A stretch of 33,321 nucleotides of DNA, from NCBI GenBank assembly GCA_946540075.1, contig CAMNHZ010000003.1, forward strand, positions 1-33,321. Reading direction: 5' to 3'. This document shows positions 9,856 through 18,947 of this stretch, piece after piece. A program made the position numbers and the translations under genes. Position 1 is the stretch's first letter; every line of letters starts with the position of its first letter. The DNA is from an uncultured Bacillota bacterium. Its GTDB lineage: Bacteria > Bacillota_I > Bacilli_A > RF39 > UBA660. The notes beneath the pieces are model-generated. The model ran no database searches. It saw nothing but the letters and a program-made list of their open reading frames with translations, and was not told where the DNA came from.

Positions 9856-10830
9856 ATGTATAATGATAATAGTTTTATATCTAATAATGGTTTAGGTAAT
9901 GAAAATAACATAAATAATAATAAAAAAAATAACAAAAAAAATATAATTATTTATGCTATTTTACTAATGATAATAGCAGGATTAGTATTATATATATGCT
10001 ATGATAAAGGGTATTTTAATAAGTCTGTAGAAAACGAAAAGAAAGAAACAGCTGAAAAGGTAAAGAAAGAAAAAAAGGTTGAAGAACCAGAGGACACTGA
10101 ATTATCAGAAGCTGAAAAAAAAGAAATAAGTACTAAGGCCAATGAAATATTAACATTTGGAATTAATACTAGTTCTGATGATGTAACATCAAGTATTATA
10201 AGTTGGTCAGGTATAGATGATACAAAAACATATGTTGAAAATGTTGAAAGTCAAAAATTGTTTACAGTACTAAATATTTATGGAAGAGCAGACAATGGTG
10301 GATTTAGGGATTTGAATTCAGCAGAAAAAGCATCTGTTCCAGAAAAATTAAAGAGATTTCTTCCTTATGAATTAAGTATTATTGATGCTAGTACAATCAC
10401 AAATAAATATAAAGAAATATTTGGAGAAGAACCAAATCATAAAGAAGCAGGAAGATGTATAAAATATGAGTATAATCCAAACCAAGCTGTTTATTATAAG
10501 TATGAATACTGTGGTGGAACAGGAAATCCAACTATGTTAATATATAAGGATGGATATAAAAAACAAAATGGAGAGGTTGAAGTTGATGTTAGTATAGCAA
10601 CTGCTAGTAATGTTGATAATAGACCTTCAACTAAAGAAGTATATAAAGGAATAGTAGATAATATATCAGATAATGCCTATGGTAAAGAGAATCTGTTATA
10701 TACAAAAGATTTTGAAGATGATTATACTGAAGAAATAAAAACTAATCATGATAAATATGCAAAATATAAAATAGTATTTGTAAAGGATAATAGTGGTAAT
10801 TATACATATAAATCATTAAAGAAAATATAA
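9856..10830 (+). CDS. Membrane-anchored extracellular hypothetical protein
   Basis: Asn/Lys-rich N-terminus, single TM (IIIYAILLMIIAGLVLYICY), charged linker, globular domain with a Cys pair (GRC...YCGG). Confidence 0.65.
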   Translation: MYNDNSFISNNGLGNENNINNNKKNNKKNIIIYAILLMIIAGLVLYICYDKGYFNKSVENEKKETAEKVKKEKKVEEPEDTELSEAEKKEISTKANEILTFGINTSSDDVTSSIISWSGIDDTKTYVENVESQKLFTVLNIYGRADNGGFRDLNSAEKASVPEKLKRFLPYELSIIDASTITNKYKEIFGEEPNHKEAGRCIKYEYNPNQAVYYKYEYCGGTGNPTMLIYKDGYKKQNGEVEVDVSIATASNVDNRPSTKEVYKGIVDNISDNAYGKENLLYTKDFEDDYTEEIKTNHDKYAKYKIVFVKDNSGNYTYKSLKKI

Positions 10831-10925
10831 AAAATATATTTTCTTTTTAAATATATAGAAACATTTATAAATTTTAAAACTTATTAAAAATATGTTATAT
10901 TAATTAGTAGAAAGAGGGAATTTCT

Positions 10926-11819
10926 ATGTTAGATAATTTTCAAATTGGAGAAATACATCTTACTGAAGCAAACGTAAAAAAATTAAAGAATTTTGGTATT
11001 GATCCTAAAGTATCTAATACTGAAAGTGTCATAAAAGTATATAAGACTATACCTAATGGAGTTACTATACTTTTAAAAATGTTATATGATACAAGAAATA
11101 TAGAGTCTAAAATAGATACAATCAAAAAAATAAGACAGAATGAAGAATTACTTGCAATGGATGAGATAGTCTTACCAACTGATGTTGTAATTTCAAAGGG
11201 AGAAAGTATAGGATTTGCTATACCTGAAATTAAGAATTCAACTAATTTAGGTCTAATATTACAAGATCCTAAAGTAAGTATTAAATATAAAATGGATTTG
11301 TTATATAAAGTTAGTAAACTATTAAGTAAGACTCTATCACTTAACGATAATTTTTACTTTAATGATTTGCATGAATTTAACTTTTTAGTAGATGAAAATG
11401 ATAATATAAAAGTGATTGATATAGATAGTTCATCTATTAATTCAAACAAAGCTACACCATCTTATTATTTAGTGACAGATCCTAAATTGACAGAAGTCCC
11501 TAAATATAAATTTAACGAAGTAGGTTTACCATATTCAGGGCGTGATTGTGATATATATTGCTATAATATTATGTTAATGAACACTCTAGCTAATTATCAA
11601 ATTCAAAAACTTACATTCTTAGAACTTAGTGAGTATTTGGATTATTTATTATCAATTGGAATTGATGAGACTATTATAGATTCAATAATTAATCTATATA
11701 CAACTAAACCGAATGAATTAATTACTACTAATTTGAATGATATTAATTGTAATTTATATCAAGCTAGATATTCCACTTATAAACAATTAAAGGAGATGGA
11801 AGTTAAGAAGACACGTTAA
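10926..11819 (+). CDS. Cytoplasmic protein-kinase-like protein
   Basis: LLK (beta-3 Lys), catalytic-loop-like NDLHEFNFL, metal-binding IDID, DIY in helix F; no TM or PASTA domain. Confidence 0.7.
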   Translation: MLDNFQIGEIHLTEANVKKLKNFGIDPKVSNTESVIKVYKTIPNGVTILLKMLYDTRNIESKIDTIKKIRQNEELLAMDEIVLPTDVVISKGESIGFAIPEIKNSTNLGLILQDPKVSIKYKMDLLYKVSKLLSKTLSLNDNFYFNDLHEFNFLVDENDNIKVIDIDSSSINSNKATPSYYLVTDPKLTEVPKYKFNEVGLPYSGRDCDIYCYNIMLMNTLANYQIQKLTFLELSEYLDYLLSIGIDETIIDSIINLYTTKPNELITTNLNDINCNLYQARYSTYKQLKEMEVKKTR

Positions 11820-11868
11820 AGTGTTTTCTTTTTTTATTATTTGAATATATTATTATAGGAGTGATTTT

Positions 11869-12936
11869 ATGACAAAATTTGTAATTGATGCAGGACATGG
11901 AGGTGTTGATTCAGGTGCAACATCATCTGGTGTAAATGAAAAAGATATTACTTTAATGATATCAAAATATATGTATGATAAATTAAAAGAAAAAGGATAT
12001 CCAGTAGTATTGACTAGAACAGATGATGAAACATTAAACCCTACTGACCGTGTAAATAGAATTTTAAGTGCTTATGGGAATGATCCAGAGGTGATTGTAA
12101 TATCGAATCATATTAATTCATCAGGAACACCAACAAGTACCGGAGCAGAAGTGATATATGCATTACGAAACGAATCCACACTTGCTCAAAATATATTAGA
12201 TGCACTTGGTAATGCTGGACTTACAAAGCGAAGTGTCTATCAGAGAAGATTACCAAGTAATCCAAACCAAGATTATTATTTTATACATCGAAATACAGGA
12301 CAAACAGAACCATTAATTATTGAATATGGATTTATAAATAATCCTAGTGATTTAAGTAAAATACAGAGAAATTATAAAAGATATGTTGATGCAGTAGTAA
12401 ATGCAATTGATCGTACTATATTGAATTCTGATATGCCTAACAATTTTCCAACAGAAATACCAGAAAATATACCGATAATGGATGATTCTGAAGCTGGTAT
12501 ATATATAGTAAAAAAAGGAGATAGCTTATATAAAATAGCCAATATGTATAATACTAGTGTAATAGAATTAAAACTTATGAATAATTTATTAACTGATAAT
12601 ATATCAATAGGTCAGATGCTAAAAGTTCCAAGTAATAACGAAACAGATATATACACAGTAAAAAAAGGAGATAGTTTATATAAAATAGCTAATATGTATA
12701 ATGTAAGTGTAGATGAATTAAAAAAACTGAATAATTTAACTAGTAATTTAATAAGTATTGGTCAAAACATAAAAATACCAAGTGTAATAAATAATACAAT
12801 AATGCATATAGTAAAAAAGGGGGATACACTTTATAAAATAGCTAACATTTATGGTACAACAGTATCTAAAATAAAGGCTGATAATAATTTACTTAGTGAT
12901 ATGCTAAGTATTGGTCAAGAATTAATAATAATGTAG
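11869..12936 (+). CDS. N-acetylmuramoyl-L-alanine amidase (Amidase_3) with three C-terminal LysM domains
   Basis: Zn ligands and catalytic residue in DAGHGG, EK, SNHIN, IEYGF; three VKKGD(S/T)LYKIA LysM repeats; no signal peptide. Confidence 0.9.
   Translation: MTKFVIDAGHGGVDSGATSSGVNEKDITLMISKYMYDKLKEKGYPVVLTRTDDETLNPTDRVNRILSAYGNDPEVIVISNHINSSGTPTSTGAEVIYALRNESTLAQNILDALGNAGLTKRSVYQRRLPSNPNQDYYFIHRNTGQTEPLIIEYGFINNPSDLSKIQRNYKRYVDAVVNAIDRTILNSDMPNNFPTEIPENIPIMDDSEAGIYIVKKGDSLYKIANMYNTSVIELKLMNNLLTDNISIGQMLKVPSNNETDIYTVKKGDSLYKIANMYNVSVDELKKLNNLTSNLISIGQNIKIPSVINNTIMHIVKKGDTLYKIANIYGTTVSKIKADNNLLSDMLSIGQELIIM
12507..12702 (+). repeat. Intragenic LysM DNA repeat
   Basis: 46-nt units at 12507-12552 and 12657-12702 differ at 2 positions; a more diverged third copy begins near 12810. 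Confidence 0.8.
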
Positions 12937-13018
12937 AAAAAAGTATCAATTTGACGAATCTATCTATATATGCTAAAATCAACTTATGTCGCTTGAAGAT
13001 TATAATTGAGGTGAAATA

Positions 13019-13729
13019 ATGAAAGTAGATCGGAAGCTTGTTGTTTTAGGAATAATAAGTTTGGTGATTATCTGTATAGTTGGTATAGGATTTAACTACA
13101 AAAGATTTAGTACTCCAACTACAAAGGTAAAAAAAGAAGTTGTTAATAAACCTAAAATAGCAAAGGATGTTGCAGTTATATTAGAAACTGTAAAAGTCAA
13201 AGAAACTACTGAGAAAAAGACTGAAGATGTCTCTTCGACAGAAAAAACTGAGAAAAAAAGTGAAAAAGTTGTTGAAAAAGCAGAAACAACTCCAAAAACT
13301 GAACCAGAACCAACACCACAACCAGAAATTGTTTATGATGGATTAACTCTTGATGAATTAGCGACAAAATTAAATCGTTCATTAGGATCAAGTTTATCAG
13401 GATATGGTTATAAATTTGCATCTCGTTCACTTGAACTTGGTGTAGATCCATATTTAGCAGTTGCTATTGTATTACATGAGACAGGATGTTCATGGTCATG
13501 TAGTGCCTTAGTTCAAAACAAAAATAACGTTGGTGGAATGGTAGGAAATGGAGGATATATCGCATTTGCTAGTTTAGATGCCGGTATAGATGCATTTTTA
13601 AATAATTTATATAAGAATTATTATGCATATGGATTAACTACACCAGAGCAAATCAACAAAAAATATGCAGCAAGTACTGCATGGGCCAGTAAAATAAATT
13701 ATTATATAGGAAAAATAAAAGCTAGTTAG
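13019..13729 (+). CDS. Membrane-anchored glucosaminidase / lysozyme-like peptidoglycan hydrolase
   Basis: N-terminal TM, K/E/T/P-rich linker, GVDPYLAVAIVLHETG...KNNVGG...KYA...W. Promoter TTGACG-17-TAAAAT at 12951-12979. Confidence 0.8.
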   Translation: MKVDRKLVVLGIISLVIICIVGIGFNYKRFSTPTTKVKKEVVNKPKIAKDVAVILETVKVKETTEKKTEDVSSTEKTEKKSEKVVEKAETTPKTEPEPTPQPEIVYDGLTLDELATKLNRSLGSSLSGYGYKFASRSLELGVDPYLAVAIVLHETGCSWSCSALVQNKNNVGGMVGNGGYIAFASLDAGIDAFLNNLYKNYYAYGLTTPEQINKKYAASTAWASKINYYIGKIKAS

Positions 13730-13825
13730 TTGTAAAACTATCTAGTTTTTTAAATGTCATAAAAGTGTAATTTTTTTGCAAAAATATTACTTTTTGTGAT
13801 AGAATATTATTAGAGAGGTGATAAC

Positions 13826-14176
13826 ATGAAGTATAATAAGCAGGAAGCTATAGATCTTATAAATAAAAAACTAAATAAGGAAACTTTTCTTAGTTATCAT
13901 GAAATTGCTGAAATAACAGGTTATCACGAAAAGTATATATCTAAATTAAAAAAACAAATTTTAAATGGAACAATTAATACTGTTCACGGTAATAAAAATA
14001 AAAGACCGGTTAATGCATTGACACGAGAAGAAAGTCAATTAATTATAAAATTATATAAACGTTCACACGTAAGTTTAAGAAAATTTTGTAAATTCTATGG
14101 AAAAAGAAGTTATTCATGTATTTATAATTTATTAAAAAAGAATGATTTATTATCTGAATCACACGAAAAAGAATAA
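13826..14176 (+). CDS. Small HTH protein resembling the N-terminal DNA-binding region of IS481/ISNCY-type transposases, without a DDE domain
   Basis: EIAEITGYHEKYISKLKK helix-turn-helix followed by VHGNKNKRPVNAL; has its own RBS, promoter and terminator. Confidence 0.6.
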   Translation: MKYNKQEAIDLINKKLNKETFLSYHEIAEITGYHEKYISKLKKQILNGTINTVHGNKNKRPVNALTREESQLIIKLYKRSHVSLRKFCKFYGKRSYSCIYNLLKKNDLLSESHEKE

Positions 14177-14191
14177 CTATAGCGTTAAAAC

Positions 14192-14221
14192 AAAAAACTA
14201 ACAATTATGTTAGTTTTTTTT
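14192..14221 (+). terminator. Intrinsic terminator
   Basis: AAAAAACTAACA-ATTA-TGTTAGTTTTTT. Confidence 0.8.
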
Positions 14222-14294
14222 GTTATTTTTAAAAAATGTTACTTTTATCATATATAAATAGTTATAAAAATAATGTCGACATATATATCATATA

Positions 14295-14337
14295 TATAAT
14301 TCTAATTTATAGATTTTGTAAATAAATTAGAATTATA
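14295..14337. repeat. Perfect 16-bp inverted repeat abutting the RBS of the P-type ATPase
   Basis: TATAATTCTAATTTAT (14295-14310), 11-nt spacer, ATAAATTAGAATTATA (14322-14337), then GGAGG. Confidence 0.75.
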
Positions 14338-14349
14338 GGAGGAATAAAT

Positions 14350-16947
14350 ATGTTAGGACTTGATGAAAAAAAGGTAATAATTAATCGTGAAAAATATGGT
14401 AGTAATAGAATAACTAGTAAAAAAAGAAATAGTTTCATTGGATTATTAATAGAATCTTTGGGAGACCCTATTATAAAAATTTTGTTAATTGCTTTGGGTA
14501 TAAAAACAATATTTCTAATTCAAAACTTTGATTGGTATGAAACTGTAGGAATTGTAATAGCCATATTTATAGCTTCATTTATTTCTAGTATATCTGAATA
14601 TGGTAGTGAAAAAGCATTTGATAAATTACAAGAAGAAGCTTCAAAAATAAAATGTCGAGTAAGAAGAGATGGCAAACTTAAAGAGATAAATATTGATGAT
14701 ATTGTTGTTGATGATATAGTTGAACTATCTACAGGTGATAAGATTCCAGCTGATGGAATAATAATTGAAGGTGAAATAACTGTTGACGAGTCCTCCTTAA
14801 ATGGGGAGACAAAAGATATATATAAGATAGCAAATTCAAAAAAAACAACTGAATTATATCTTTATAGGGGAACAGTTGTTTATTCCAAGGAATGTCTAAT
14901 GCGAGTAACCAAAGTAGGAGATGATACGTTTTATGGAAAAATGGCCAAGGAACTACAAGATAGTCAACCAACAAGTCCATTAAAGATAAAATTACATGAT
15001 TTAGCACTCACTATAAGTAAGATAGGCTATATATGTGCCTTTTTAGTTTTTACATCATATTTATTTTCCATGATTGTAATAAAAAATAACTTTAAGACAG
15101 AATTGATCATGAAAAGTATAACTAATTTACCTTTATTAATAGGATATATATTATATGGATTAACTTTAGCAGTCACTATAATAGTAGTCGCAGTACCTGA
15201 AGGACTTCCAATGATGATAACGCTTGTATTATCATCTAATATGAAACGTATGCTTAAAAATAATGTATTAGTAAGAAAGTTGGTTGGAATAGAAACTGCA
15301 GGTAGTTTGAATATATTATTTACAGATAAAACAGGTACTTTGACTAAAGGAAAATTAGAAGTAGTAGAGTTTATGAGTGGAAGTGGACTTTCAGTTAATA
15401 GTATGGAGGAACTTAATAAATATCCTAAATTACATAAAATAGTAGAGACTTCATTATATTATAATAATGGTTCAAAAATATCTGATGATTTAAAAATAAT
15501 TGGAGGAAATATTACTGATCAAGCATTACTTAGATATGTTGGAAGAATTAATACAAAGTATAAAATTATTGATAGAATACCTTTTGATAGTAAGAATAAG
15601 TATTCAGTAACTACTATATATGATAAAGGTGAAATTAGTTTGATTAAAGGCGCACCTGAAAAATTGCTTGAGCATTGTAAAACTTACTATAATGATTATG
15701 GTATAAAAAGAACGTTAATAAGTAATTCAAAAATAGAGGAAAAGATAAAACAAATGACTAATAAGGGTATCAGAGTTTTATTATTATGTACTGGTCATAG
15801 TAAATATCGATTGGACAATCTTACATTGGTTGGTTTAGTTTTTATAAAGGATGAAATACGAGAAGAAGCAAAGATTGGTGTAAAAGAGGTTGAAAAAGCA
15901 GGAATAAAAACAATTATGATTACAGGTGATAATAAAGAAACTGCTACTAGTATAGCTAGAGAATTAGGAATTATAAAAAATGATAGTGACATAGTTCTAA
16001 CGGGTGATGAATTACATAATAAAACAGATGATGAAATAAAAAAGATATTACCAAATCTAAAAGTAGTTGCTAGAAGTCTTCCTCAAGATAAGAGTAGGTT
16101 AGTAAAACTATCAGAAGAATTAGGGTTAGTAGTAGGAATGACAGGTGATGGAGTAAATGATGCACCAGCATTGAAAAAAGCAGATGTTGGTTTTGCAATG
16201 GGAAGTGGAACTGAAGTTGCTAAGGAAGCAAGTGATATTGTAATATTAGATAATAATTTTAATTCTATAACAAAAGCTATACTTTTCGGACGAACTATAT
16301 TTAAAAGTATACGTAAGTTTATAATCTTTCAATTAACAGTTAATTTATGCGCTGTATCATTATCTATAATCGGTCCATTCATCGGAGTTGCAACACCAGT
16401 AACAGTAATTCAAATGTTATGGATAAATATGGTTATGGATACAATTGCTGGCATAGCTTTTTCATTTGAACCACCTCTTAGTGAATATATGGATGAGAAA
16501 CCAAAAAGTAAAAATGAAAAAATCTTGAATAAGTATATGAAAGACGAAATAATATTTACAGGTGTTTATTCATCACTGTTGTGTATATTTTTCTTAAAGA
16601 GTGGAATAATAAGAAGGTTATTCAGAGTAGGCACAAATTATCAGTATTTAATGACATCGTTTTTTGCTTTGTTTATATTTATAGGAATATTTAATTCTTT
16701 TAATGCTAGAACAAATAGATTAAATCTACTAGCCCATTTAGAAAAAAATAAAATATTTGTGATCATGATATCATTTGTAATTATAGTTCAATTGATACTT
16801 ATTTATTATGGTGGAGAACTATTTAGAACATCAGGTATGAGTTTAAAAGATTTTATTATGATGATAATAATCGCATTTACAGTTGTTCCTGTTGATTGGA
16901 TTAGAAAGTTATATTTAAGATCAAATGGAATAGTTGGCGGAGTTTGA
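14350..16947 (+). CDS. Ca2+-translocating P-type ATPase (P2, PMCA-like)
   Basis: VPEGLP, DKTGTLT, KGAPE, TGDN, TGDGVNDAPAL, QMLWINMVMDT. Confidence 0.92.
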   Translation: MLGLDEKKVIINREKYGSNRITSKKRNSFIGLLIESLGDPIIKILLIALGIKTIFLIQNFDWYETVGIVIAIFIASFISSISEYGSEKAFDKLQEEASKIKCRVRRDGKLKEINIDDIVVDDIVELSTGDKIPADGIIIEGEITVDESSLNGETKDIYKIANSKKTTELYLYRGTVVYSKECLMRVTKVGDDTFYGKMAKELQDSQPTSPLKIKLHDLALTISKIGYICAFLVFTSYLFSMIVIKNNFKTELIMKSITNLPLLIGYILYGLTLAVTIIVVAVPEGLPMMITLVLSSNMKRMLKNNVLVRKLVGIETAGSLNILFTDKTGTLTKGKLEVVEFMSGSGLSVNSMEELNKYPKLHKIVETSLYYNNGSKISDDLKIIGGNITDQALLRYVGRINTKYKIIDRIPFDSKNKYSVTTIYDKGEISLIKGAPEKLLEHCKTYYNDYGIKRTLISNSKIEEKIKQMTNKGIRVLLLCTGHSKYRLDNLTLVGLVFIKDEIREEAKIGVKEVEKAGIKTIMITGDNKETATSIARELGIIKNDSDIVLTGDELHNKTDDEIKKILPNLKVVARSLPQDKSRLVKLSEELGLVVGMTGDGVNDAPALKKADVGFAMGSGTEVAKEASDIVILDNNFNSITKAILFGRTIFKSIRKFIIFQLTVNLCAVSLSIIGPFIGVATPVTVIQMLWINMVMDTIAGIAFSFEPPLSEYMDEKPKSKNEKILNKYMKDEIIFTGVYSSLLCIFFLKSGIIRRLFRVGTNYQYLMTSFFALFIFIGIFNSFNARTNRLNLLAHLEKNKIFVIMISFVIIVQLILIYYGGELFRTSGMSLKDFIMMIIIAFTVVPVDWIRKLYLRSNGIVGGV

Positions 16948-17046
16948 TTGTCAATTGTTTACATTAATCTGTATTAAAATAATCGTTTTAAATATTATTA
17001 GTTAAAAAATAGGTTATAATGTAGGTGTAAGAAAGGGTATGATAAT

Positions 17047-18096
17047 ATGGAAAATTATAAGGTTGTCCAATATGGATGCGGGAAAATGAGTAAATATACA
17101 ATGAAGTATGTTTATGATGTAGGTTGCAAAATAGTAGGAGCTATTGATATTAATCCAGATATTATAGGTAAGGATATCGGTAGTATAATGGGAACCGAAG
17201 AAAAAGGAGTAAAAATTACATCAGCAGAAGAAGCTGAAAAACTATTGATGGAAGTTAAACCAGATATATGTATTGTTACAACCATGAGCTTAATGGTTGA
17301 TGTTAAGGATATTTTGTTGTTATGTGCAAAACTTGGAATTAATGCAATTACAACATGTGAAGAAGCTTTCTATCCATTTAATTCATCACCAAAGTTAACT
17401 AAACAAATAGATGATTTAGCTAAACTAAATGGTTGTACAATTACTGGTAGTGGTTATCAAGATGCTTTCTGGGGAAACTTAATCACTACTTTAGCTGGAA
17501 GCAACAGAAATTTAACTAAAATAAAAGGTAGTTCTAGTTATAATGTAGAAGACTATGGTATTGCACTAGCCGAAGCTCATGGAGCAGGATTATCAATTGC
17601 TGATTTTAATGATCAGATTGCAAGTGCTGATAATATTTCTGAGGAAGAAAGAAATAAAATGATTGAAGCAGGTAATTTTTTACCATCTTACATGTGGAAT
17701 ACTAATGGTTGGTTATGTGATAAACTTGGACTAAGTGTTTTATCACAAACACAAAAATGTGTACCTCAAACGGCAGATAAAGATATCCATTCTACAACAC
17801 TTAATATGACTATAAAAGCAGGAGATGCTACAGGAATGAGTGCCGTAGTAACAACTACAACTAAAGAAGGAATTACTATTGAAAGTGAATGTATAGGTAA
17901 GGTATATTCTGAAGAAGATTGCGATAAAAACGATTGGACAGTATATGGTGATACAGATACTAATTTAGTAATAACTAAACCAGATACTGTAAAACTTACT
18001 TGTTCAGCTATTGTAAATAGGATTCCAGATGTTATAAATGCACAAGCTGGTTTTGTTCCAACATCAAGAATGGGTGAATTAAAGTATTATAGATAA
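17047..18096 (+). CDS. NAD(P)-dependent 2,4-diaminopentanoate dehydrogenase / native amine dehydrogenase-like protein (DapB-type N-domain)
   Basis: Rossmann start VVQYGCGKM, GAID...IGKDIG, NAITTCEEAFYP, C-terminal VNRIPDVINAQAG. Confidence 0.7.
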   Translation: MENYKVVQYGCGKMSKYTMKYVYDVGCKIVGAIDINPDIIGKDIGSIMGTEEKGVKITSAEEAEKLLMEVKPDICIVTTMSLMVDVKDILLLCAKLGINAITTCEEAFYPFNSSPKLTKQIDDLAKLNGCTITGSGYQDAFWGNLITTLAGSNRNLTKIKGSSSYNVEDYGIALAEAHGAGLSIADFNDQIASADNISEEERNKMIEAGNFLPSYMWNTNGWLCDKLGLSVLSQTQKCVPQTADKDIHSTTLNMTIKAGDATGMSAVVTTTTKEGITIESECIGKVYSEEDCDKNDWTVYGDTDTNLVITKPDTVKLTCSAIVNRIPDVINAQAGFVPTSRMGELKYYR

Positions 18097-18106
18097 AAAA
18101 GTATGA

Positions 18107-18130
18107 AAAAAGGCAAATTGTTGCCTTTTT
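18107..18130 (+). terminator. Intrinsic terminator
   Basis: AAAAAGGCAA-ATTG-TTGCCTTTTT. Confidence 0.8.
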
Positions 18131-18236
18131 ATTTTGATTTATTCCAAATATTGGTAATTTGATTGTTGATTTAAAAAAATATATATGATAAAATTAATAA
18201 GGATATTAACTGATTGCAAACGATAGGAAGGTAAAA

Positions 18237-18947
18237 ATGTTAAATTTTATAGTATGTGACGATAAAAAGAAGATTGTTGACGATGTAACTAAAACAATAA
18301 ATAAGGTTATGATTGGTAATAAATATGCATATAAAATACATAAGTTTTATGAATATGATAATGAATTTATGAAGATTGTAAATTCAAAAATGGCGGCAAA
18401 AATCTATATATTAGATATAGAGACTCCAAAAAAATCTGGTATTGATGTAGCGCGAAAAATAAGAACTAAAGATATTAATTCTACAATAATATTTCTTACT
18501 TCTCATCAAGAATTAGGTGAAGTGTTATTACAAGAAGAAGTGATGTTTTTATCATTTATAAACAAATTTAACAATAGTAAAACAAGATTAAAAAAAGCAA
18601 TTCAAAAAAGTATTCAATTTGCAGGAAAAAGGAACGCTATAAGGTTTCAATGTCACGGCGCAGTATTTACTATTCCGACTTCAGATATTCTTTATATAAC
18701 GCGAGATAGTGTAGAAAGAAAATGTATTATTAAAACTGACTACACTGAGTTTAAACTGATAAAACCATTAAGTGAAATGATTGAATTGCTAGGACCAGAT
18801 TTTGCTTATTCACATCGAGCTTGTATTGTTAATCTTAAAAGAATTCATTTGATAGATAAACACCATAGAATTATCGTGTTTGATAATGGCAACAAACTTG
18901 ATTTAGTTAGTTCAAAATATGTTAAGGAGATGATTAGCAGTAAATGA
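18237..18947 (+). CDS. agrA: AgrA-like LytTR response regulator
   Basis: Receiver domain (CDD, ILDIE, SGIDVARKIR, FLTSH) plus LytTR domain (SHRACIVNL); next to agrC and agrB. Confidence 0.85.
   Translation: MLNFIVCDDKKKIVDDVTKTINKVMIGNKYAYKIHKFYEYDNEFMKIVNSKMAAKIYILDIETPKKSGIDVARKIRTKDINSTIIFLTSHQELGEVLLQEEVMFLSFINKFNNSKTRLKKAIQKSIQFAGKRNAIRFQCHGAVFTIPTSDILYITRDSVERKCIIKTDYTEFKLIKPLSEMIELLGPDFAYSHRACIVNLKRIHLIDKHHRIIVFDNGNKLDLVSSKYVKEMISSK

Noticed and set aside
12507-12860. Repeats with ~150-bp period that might suggest a CRISPR array
   Set aside because: In-frame LysM domain repeats; no cas genes.
13730-14290. Intact insertion sequence around the HTH gene
   Set aside because: No DDE domain and no convincing paired terminal inverted repeats or target duplication.
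10940-15992. Minus-strand ORFs at 10940-11125, 13206-13451, 14729-15007 and 15795-15992 (including a possible antitoxin to the kinase)
   Set aside because: Antisense to real genes with no supporting signals.
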